Virus record (IMG/VR): IMGVR_UViG_3300043446_000587
Strand: one strand, 5' to 3'
Source of the DNA: an uncultured virus (IMG/VR IMGVR_UViG_3300043446_000587)
Lineage: Duplodnaviria > Heunggongvirae > Uroviricota > Caudoviricetes
DNA: 64,000 nucleotides
This document shows positions 58,212 to 64,000 of the stretch, piece by piece. Every line of letters begins with the position of its first letter. The stretch's first letter is position 1. The position numbers and the translations under genes are program-made. The notes under the pieces were generated by a model. The model did no database searches, was not told the origin of the DNA, and saw nothing but the letters and a program-made list of their open reading frames with translations.

Positions 58212-60638
58212 TTACGAGAACAGGTCAACGTCAACGTCGTCGGTATCTTTAGATTTTGATTCAGATAAAGCGCCGGGCAAGAAACGACCAACGTTTTGTT
58301 TCTCTAGATGGCGTAAGAACTGTTCCTGTGTCATACCTTTATCCTTGAGCTCTTTTGGTACTCGACCACCATAGACTTTATCAAAGATATTTAATGCATG
58401 AGTAGCCGCTTTTTCTTGCGCGCGGCCTGTTGCTTTGAACACTTCCAAGTCCATGCGGTTGCCTGTCGCGCCAGCACGAGCTGACAAGATGCCTTCCTTT
58501 ACCTTGTTCGAACGAATCTGCTCGTTGAGCTGTGCTTGTTGCAGCTTGCGGGTTTCAAGGCTGTTAGCCAAGTTAGCGGCAGTCTGCTGGTCGCCTTTCT
58601 TGAGCGCCACTTCGTACTTGGTCATCTCAAGATTCATCTTCATGGCGTTGTCTTTAGCAGCACGTGCCAGACGATCTGTCTCGGCGGCAGACTCGTACAG
58701 TGTTGGCGATGCAGCAGCAGCGCTCTCCAACAGGCCACCCAGACCGGGGCGGCGCGCTTGACCGGGACGTGCGGCATTTGCAGCCATATTGAAACCAAAT
58801 GCGGCTAGAGCTTTACCCAAGCCAGCTTTTTTGATTTCTTCTGAGTCCTTGGCATTTGCTAGCAGCGTGTCTTTAATACTCTTGAGCTGGTCCTTAGACG
58901 AGCTTGTCAGTTTGTCCAAGAACTTGTTGTAGTTATCTTCGAACGTGTCGCCTTGTCCCATTGCTTCTGCAATACCACGGGCTTCTGCCACCGAAGGATG
59001 CCCGTCAGCTTTAGGTTTGGATTTTCCAGCGCCCGTATCTTCACTCAGCGTACCCATGTAATCTTCACGGCGGGTGGCTGTAGCACGATCAAATTTATCT
59101 GCTACGGCGGCAGGTTCTGACTTTGCTTCTGGTTTACTAGGACGGCTAAAACCGTAGCCGGGGTACGACACAATATGTTTAGGAATATCGGCAAGGAAGC
59201 TACCCAAGGAGCGCATTTGTTCGCCATAAGACATGGGCTTACCTTCGTCGCCGCCTTCAGCAAACGCAACCATGCCACCACTAGCAGCACGGATCATGTT
59301 GTCTTGGGACTCCGCAGGCAGCTGGTCAAACGCATAGCCTAGACCGCTGTTGATAGAAGCATTCTGCGCGCGCATCTCGTCGTTGCTAGCCAAAAGCTGG
59401 TCAACATAGGCCGCTGTCTCAAAGTCACGGCGCGCCAGAGCAGCCTGTTTAGCGCGGAACAAAGCCTCGGTATTGCCACGAATACTGTCGAGCTTGTCTT
59501 CAATAAAGTCCGAACTAGTAACAGAGCCACGGTCTCCGGCATAAGTCTTAATCTCGCCGCCTTTGGCTTTATTAGCGGCGTTGTACAGACTAGACAAGCC
59601 CAGAGCACCGACACCTAGACCGGCGGCCTGACCCAGCAAACTGCCGGGAGCTTGATACATCTGAGTTGTAGACTGCTGACCCAATGGCAAGCCACGGATC
59701 ATATCGGACATGAACCCCAACTGTTTGTATGGGTAGTTCTGCTCGTCCATGAAGTCTTGATAAGCCTGAGTCAATCCTTGTTGACGTAGCGCCTGCTGTT
59801 GCGCGCCGTATGCAGCCTGCAACTTGTTGATGTCCATGCCTTGCTGGAACTGCTGACTGCCTAGAGCGCCGAGCTGACCTGCACCGGTAAGTGCGGTCTG
59901 AAGTCCTTGCATGCCAATGTTTGCTCCAAACTGACGTGACTGTTCGCCAAGCTGTTGAGCCTGCATAGCACGTTGTTGGTCGGCGTTGAACTGATTGGCG
60001 GCTTGCGTGTAAGCGTCCTGCAAGCCTTTTGACATGATGTCGCCCTGCTGAATGCCCAAGTTACGCTGGCGCTCGGCCTCAACCAAAGCTGAACGGGAGC
60101 CACCAAACGCACCTTGGCCTACGGCACGAGCCGCATTCTGCTGCCCCATAATATCAGACGCACGTTGCGCTTCACGCAACTGGGGAGCCAAAGCCTGCTG
60201 AATAAACGGACTCATGTACTGAGCTGCTTCTTGCCCGCCAAACTGCCCGCCGTAGAACTGACCGCCTTGATAGTTTTGCCCCAGCCCACGCAAAGCAGCT
60301 TGCCCAGCAACTTGACCGCCCAAGCCAGTCAAACCAGATGTCTGCATACCGGCAGCTTGCTCCTGCGCCTGCTGTTGTAAGGGACTAAATCCAGCAAAAC
60401 GGGGCTGGTCGTATCTTTGGTATGGTTTTTCTGAAAGCGCCGCTGTTTTTTCTAGGGTGCTCTTAGCATATGGGCGCGCCCACTCAGGTAGTTCGTTAAT
60501 CTGAGTTTGTGTTCCAGTGGAAGAACCTCCGCCGCCCCCGCCACCGCCAAGAACCATGCCGCCATCCGCTTTGCGGTAGGTAGCGCTGTCTCCAAGGGGT
60601 TCACCCATAGCATAGAGTTGTCTGCGAGAGTAGCTCAT
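58212..60638 (-). CDS. Internal virion / DNA ejection protein
   Basis: Q/A/G-rich, with AFGGSR and QNYPYKQL motifs. Sits upstream of the giant gene. Confidence 0.65.
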   Translation of the reverse strand: MSYSRRQLYAMGEPLGDSATYRKADGGMVLGGGGGGGGSSTGTQTQINELPEWARPYAKSTLEKTAALSEKPYQRYDQPRFAGFSPLQQQAQEQAAGMQTSGLTGLGGQVAGQAALRGLGQNYQGGQFYGGQFGGQEAAQYMSPFIQQALAPQLREAQRASDIMGQQNAARAVGQGAFGGSRSALVEAERQRNLGIQQGDIMSKGLQDAYTQAANQFNADQQRAMQAQQLGEQSRQFGANIGMQGLQTALTGAGQLGALGSQQFQQGMDINKLQAAYGAQQQALRQQGLTQAYQDFMDEQNYPYKQLGFMSDMIRGLPLGQQSTTQMYQAPGSLLGQAAGLGVGALGLSSLYNAANKAKGGEIKTYAGDRGSVTSSDFIEDKLDSIRGNTEALFRAKQAALARRDFETAAYVDQLLASNDEMRAQNASINSGLGYAFDQLPAESQDNMIRAASGGMVAFAEGGDEGKPMSYGEQMRSLGSFLADIPKHIVSYPGYGFSRPSKPEAKSEPAAVADKFDRATATRREDYMGTLSEDTGAGKSKPKADGHPSVAEARGIAEAMGQGDTFEDNYNKFLDKLTSSSKDQLKSIKDTLLANAKDSEEIKKAGLGKALAAFGFNMAANAARPGQARRPGLGGLLESAAAASPTLYESAAETDRLARAAKDNAMKMNLEMTKYEVALKKGDQQTAANLANSLETRKLQQAQLNEQIRSNKVKEGILSARAGATGNRMDLEVFKATGRAQEKAATHALNIFDKVYGGRVPKELKDKGMTQEQFLRHLEKQNVGRFLPGALSESKSKDTDDVDVDLFS

Positions 60639-61099
60639 AGTGGCTCCGTATTCAAAACTTTCGAGAATAGCTTGTCGGTAAATGTGTACCCAAGATATTC
60701 AAACAAACGAGAATTGTCGAGGAAAACCTTTGTGTGCATGATGACACGGTTCACCCCTTCTTTTTTAAGCACGTCTTCTGCGAACTGGAACAGACGGAGT
60801 CCCACACGTCCCTTGCGGTACTCTTTCTTCAGATAATAAATATCCTCAAAGGCAGTCAAGCAAGTTCTGTAATGTAAGTGTGGTTGCACAATAAAAATTG
60901 CGTAACCAATAAGCTGATTATCCTCTCTAACCGTGATGCAGCGCAACATGCCAGCCACGTGCATTCGTCCAAACGCTTCGTAATCTGGGGCTAGAGGGAA
61001 GTCCTTGCAGGGGCAAAGCTCTTCGTAGTGTGACGGCAGTATCTCCCTGAGGGCGTCAATGAAGTCGCCCGGGTCTTCAGTTTGATACGTTATCGTCAT
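60635..61099 (-). CDS. GNAT-family acetyltransferase
   Basis: LIGY...EDIYYL.KEYRKG..G..L...AE..LK..G...LFEYLGY. Confidence 0.8.
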   Translation of the reverse strand: MTITYQTEDPGDFIDALREILPSHYEELCPCKDFPLAPDYEAFGRMHVAGMLRCITVREDNQLIGYAIFIVQPHLHYRTCLTAFEDIYYLKKEYRKGRVGLRLFQFAEDVLKKEGVNRVIMHTKVFLDNSRLFEYLGYTFTDKLFSKVLNTEPL

Positions 61100-62460
61100 G
61101 CGGGCAGGTATTTATCAGCGCGGCTGTTCTTAGCCACTTTACCCTTGCCTACGGTCTTACCACGAGCGGCTTGCACACGGTCCATCATTGCGTAAAGCTT
61201 ACGAGCGCCAGCCTCTGTCGAGCCGTTGCCCAATTCAGAAACGATACGAGCAGGCACAACAAATTCACCATCAGCCAAACGAGCTGGCTGTTTACGCCCA
61301 ATCACTGCTGGGATAGAGTCAGACACGCCGTCACCGGGACCCTTCAATAGACGCCCACCGTCAGAGTAATCGCCAAGGTGAGAAAGGCCACCTCCAGCAA
61401 ATGCAAAATTAAGGCTACCAAGACCTGCCGCAGCTGCCTGCTGCGCTTCGTTTAAACCAGAAGCTGCCGTGGCGTTGTTGTTCCCAGTAAAAGGACCGGG
61501 CTGACCCATCATCCCGCCGCCCTGATTCATTTGGCGAGCAAGTTGACCAAACTGGCCGCCTTCAGGGTTGCCATCGAAATCAACACGGCCTTGCAACTGA
61601 ACGTTACCGCCTGCGGCGTAAGCCATACCGCCATCAGCCAACATCTGACCGCTCATGCGGTTTACTCCAGTGTCAGCAGTGCCAGCCACCACGTTTTGGC
61701 TTACAGGAGTTTGCCAAGGAGTTGCGTATGCGTGCCCGCTAATGTCAGCTTGAGGGTAGCCAGTGTTCATACCCACGGCATTTGCATTTGACATTTGTTC
61801 AACGGGACCGCCCCCTGCATACCCACGAATGGATTTGGCTTCTTCTGGGGAAATTTGTCTGTATCCGGCATTGGGGAAATAACTTTGCTGACGTCCAAAG
61901 TCTTGGCCCAGATTGTCGTAGCCGGGCACATCGGGTGCGGGTAGGGGTGTAGCTGTACCTTGATCGTAGCGCAAGCGCTGTGGCATTGTGCTGTCGCCTG
62001 CCTGCGTCTGTGGCTGTGGGGTCACCGCCATCGCGGGGGCAAGAGCTGCCAACCCAGCCATGCCTGCTTTTAAACCGCCACCCATTGCTGTAACTGCCGT
62101 AGATGGATTAGCGAATCCCGCGCTAAGTTTGTCCCAGTTTGATAGGCCCGCCATTTTGTCAGCAACACTGTTTTGCATTGCTTGGTTGTAAGCTTCACCG
62201 GTTAAGCCTTGTTTGGTGGCCTCTTCAGCCGCATTTGCGACTGCTGTTTTACCAAGTTCAGCCGAGCCAGCACCCATCAAACCGCCTGTTATTTGGCCCC
62301 CGCCGTAGGCGCTAAGACCCGCCAACATACCCTGCTGTAAACTGCCTGTTTTTTTAGCAGTCACCCCGCCAGCCAGCGCCATACCAAGATACGGGTTGCC
62401 AGTGAAATAGGTCGATGCCGCACCGGCTGCCATAGGTAAAAGTGAAGAAAGAAAGCCCAT
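61096..62460 (-). CDS. Internal virion protein with a GPGDG.SDSIPA..L.DGEFV domain
   Basis: MGFLSS start after GAGG. G/A-rich with multiple A.GG motifs. Confidence 0.7.
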   Translation of the reverse strand: MGFLSSLLPMAAGAASTYFTGNPYLGMALAGGVTAKKTGSLQQGMLAGLSAYGGGQITGGLMGAGSAELGKTAVANAAEEATKQGLTGEAYNQAMQNSVADKMAGLSNWDKLSAGFANPSTAVTAMGGGLKAGMAGLAALAPAMAVTPQPQTQAGDSTMPQRLRYDQGTATPLPAPDVPGYDNLGQDFGRQQSYFPNAGYRQISPEEAKSIRGYAGGGPVEQMSNANAVGMNTGYPQADISGHAYATPWQTPVSQNVVAGTADTGVNRMSGQMLADGGMAYAAGGNVQLQGRVDFDGNPEGGQFGQLARQMNQGGGMMGQPGPFTGNNNATAASGLNEAQQAAAAGLGSLNFAFAGGGLSHLGDYSDGGRLLKGPGDGVSDSIPAVIGRKQPARLADGEFVVPARIVSELGNGSTEAGARKLYAMMDRVQAARGKTVGKGKVAKNSRADKYLPA

Positions 62461-62493
62461 AAAGCCTCGCAAATTAGGGGTTGACGAAGTCTA

Positions 62494-63147
62494 TCATGTC
62501 AAGATAGAAGACACAAATGAAAGTGTTGCCACGACCGCAGGGATCGCAGGCATGGTGAAGGGGGAGGTAGACGCTGTAGTGGAATCAAAAGTTACAGCAG
62601 TGTTACTGACAGCCGCCCACATCTCAACCGTGTCATTTGCGCGCAACTGAACAAAGAAGTTAGCGGCCCCAATAACAAAACCGGGCGTTCCACCGTGGGA
62701 AGAAATTACATCAAACTTGCTGCCGGTACCGGCAATATCCACGCCGTTTACGCGCAACCAAATCCATGCGGAATGGATAGAAGTGTCGGTGTTCTTAAAC
62801 TGCACGCTGAACTGATAGTTATAAATGCCGTCTTGCAGTACTTTGATACCGTCGAGCCCAGTATTAGTTGCACCGTTGATGAAGTCCGTTGTCGGAAAAA
62901 CAATCTGCGTTGCAGTGTTGGCGGTAAAGCTAATGTCCGTAGTGTTTTGAACTGCGGCGTATACGTTGTTAAGGTACTTACCGCCTTCTGGTGCCAACAG
63001 TGCAGCCAACCCATTACTGAGCTGGTTGAAATACAAACGAAGCACGTTGGTGAGGTCGTCACCATAACGCTGGCTGTACTCAACCGGTGCCGCAGGTAGA
63101 CGCGGCGGCGAAACCGTTTGTAGTTGATTGCGGGCTGTTGTAGCCAT
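62494..63147 (-). CDS. Tail-associated structural protein
   Basis: PRLP.AP.EY...LRLYFNQL N-terminus and a C1q-like beta C-terminus (GIYNYQFSVQ). Confidence 0.65.
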   Translation of the reverse strand: MATTARNQLQTVSPPRLPAAPVEYSQRYGDDLTNVLRLYFNQLSNGLAALLAPEGGKYLNNVYAAVQNTTDISFTANTATQIVFPTTDFINGATNTGLDGIKVLQDGIYNYQFSVQFKNTDTSIHSAWIWLRVNGVDIAGTGSKFDVISSHGGTPGFVIGAANFFVQLRANDTVEMWAAVSNTAVTFDSTTASTSPFTMPAIPAVVATLSFVSSILT

Positions 63148-64000
63148 TAACGACGTCCATCTGGGCGCACATCAAGGCGCGGAGTACCGAGCTGCCAAGC
63201 AACGCCAAGGTCATTGGAGCTAACTTTGAACGCCATCTGACGTCCACGGATGCGCACGTAGGCATACTCAGTGAACTGCTGCACGTTGTATACGCGCTGA
63301 CCAGAATAGTTATTGCCACTGGTGATTGTTGGGCTATCAGAGCTGCCGTAGTTTGTGCCGGGATTCTGGCGTGGGCGCACAGTGAAGTCCAATGAAGGGG
63401 CCGCTGTATCAGAGCCGTCAAAGGTTACATCAGGAATGATACGCCACACAAGACCAAAATTATGGCCATCACCAATATCAAAGTCAGAGGACTGCACGTA
63501 AGCCTCGATAGGCGAAGCAGGTGTTGTAGTGCCGTCATCGTTACCTGTCTCTTGGTAAATCAGTTGACCGTTATAGCCAGCCGCCATTGGCACTTCACGC
63601 AGGGGGCTATCCAACCAAGCAGTGCGGGCCAGTGTGCCGTAGTACCAAGTACGCTCAAGGTGGTTGAACACCACATACTTGTCGATTGTGTCGCTGTTGG
63701 CTGAACAATAGAACCACCAAATCTCGTTGTAGCCTTCGTTGGTGCTAGCAAAGAATTGGTACGACTGCACCAAGTTAATATCGTCAAACACATACTGCCG
63801 CAAAGAGCATGGCAGTGTTTCCACACGGCCAGAGTACATATAGAACTTGTCTGCGCCCATCCAGTAGGTCACGTTGTTGGCTGTAGCCATGACGTTGGGA
63901 CCAGCAATAGACAAATTGCTACCCATGATCTGGAAGCCCCAAACGTATGGGGGGCCAAGGTACTGCATTGAGTACAAGGCGGCATCAGTCCAAATCAAAA
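63147..64000 (-). CDS. Tail/virion structural protein, C-terminal part (start lies beyond the window end)
   Basis: Ends RIRGRQ...WQLG.PR.D.RPDGRR. Probably the same gene as 1..894. Confidence 0.7.
   Translation of the reverse strand, partial: LIWTDAALYSMQYLGPPYVWGFQIMGSNLSIAGPNVMATANNVTYWMGADKFYMYSGRVETLPCSLRQYVFDDINLVQSYQFFASTNEGYNEIWWFYCSANSDTIDKYVVFNHLERTWYYGTLARTAWLDSPLREVPMAAGYNGQLIYQETGNDDGTTTPASPIEAYVQSSDFDIGDGHNFGLVWRIIPDVTFDGSDTAAPSLDFTVRPRQNPGTNYGSSDSPTITSGNNYSGQRVYNVQQFTEYAYVRIRGRQMAFKVSSNDLGVAWQLGTPRLDVRPDGRR

Noticed and set aside
1..64000. Alternative genetic code or stop-codon reassignment
   Set aside because: Core genes (terL, portal, MCP, PolA) are intact and densely packed under the standard code.

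Overview
The window appears to be almost all of a circularly permuted tailed-phage (Caudoviricetes) genome of roughly 64-65 kb. It is probably podovirus-like and resembles uncultured freshwater proteobacterial phages; the host is an inference. It has two divergent arms. The minus-strand late arm runs 27.2 kb to 1 and continues 64 kb to 52 kb. It carries terminase small/large, portal, GroES-like, scaffold, Mu-gpT-like major capsid, adaptor and tail proteins, collagen-containing tail fibres, a 2OG-Fe(II) oxygenase, holin and GH19 endolysin, a GNAT and large ejection-type proteins. The plus-strand early/replication arm (27.6-52.0 kb) carries small unknown genes, a DUF3150-like/AAA/VWA trio, VRR-NUC, PolA, a sigma70 region-4 protein, a Cas4-like nuclease, an SNF2 helicase, an SSB-like protein and a primase-helicase. 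No integrase, tRNA or CRISPR array was seen. The most interesting signals are mostly non-coding. They are a ~460-nt structured RNA cluster (45.08-45.54 kb) with a C4-antisense-like unit, duplicated structured early leaders and a 23-bp post-terminator repeat, a nested inverted-repeat/TTCCAA array (30.0-30.55 kb), an ~11 kb early region lacking GATC and CCGG, and a pseudoknotted RNA after the capsid gene. A recurrent 'A-x-GG' peptide motif also appears across many virion proteins. All calls were made by eye, without database searches.
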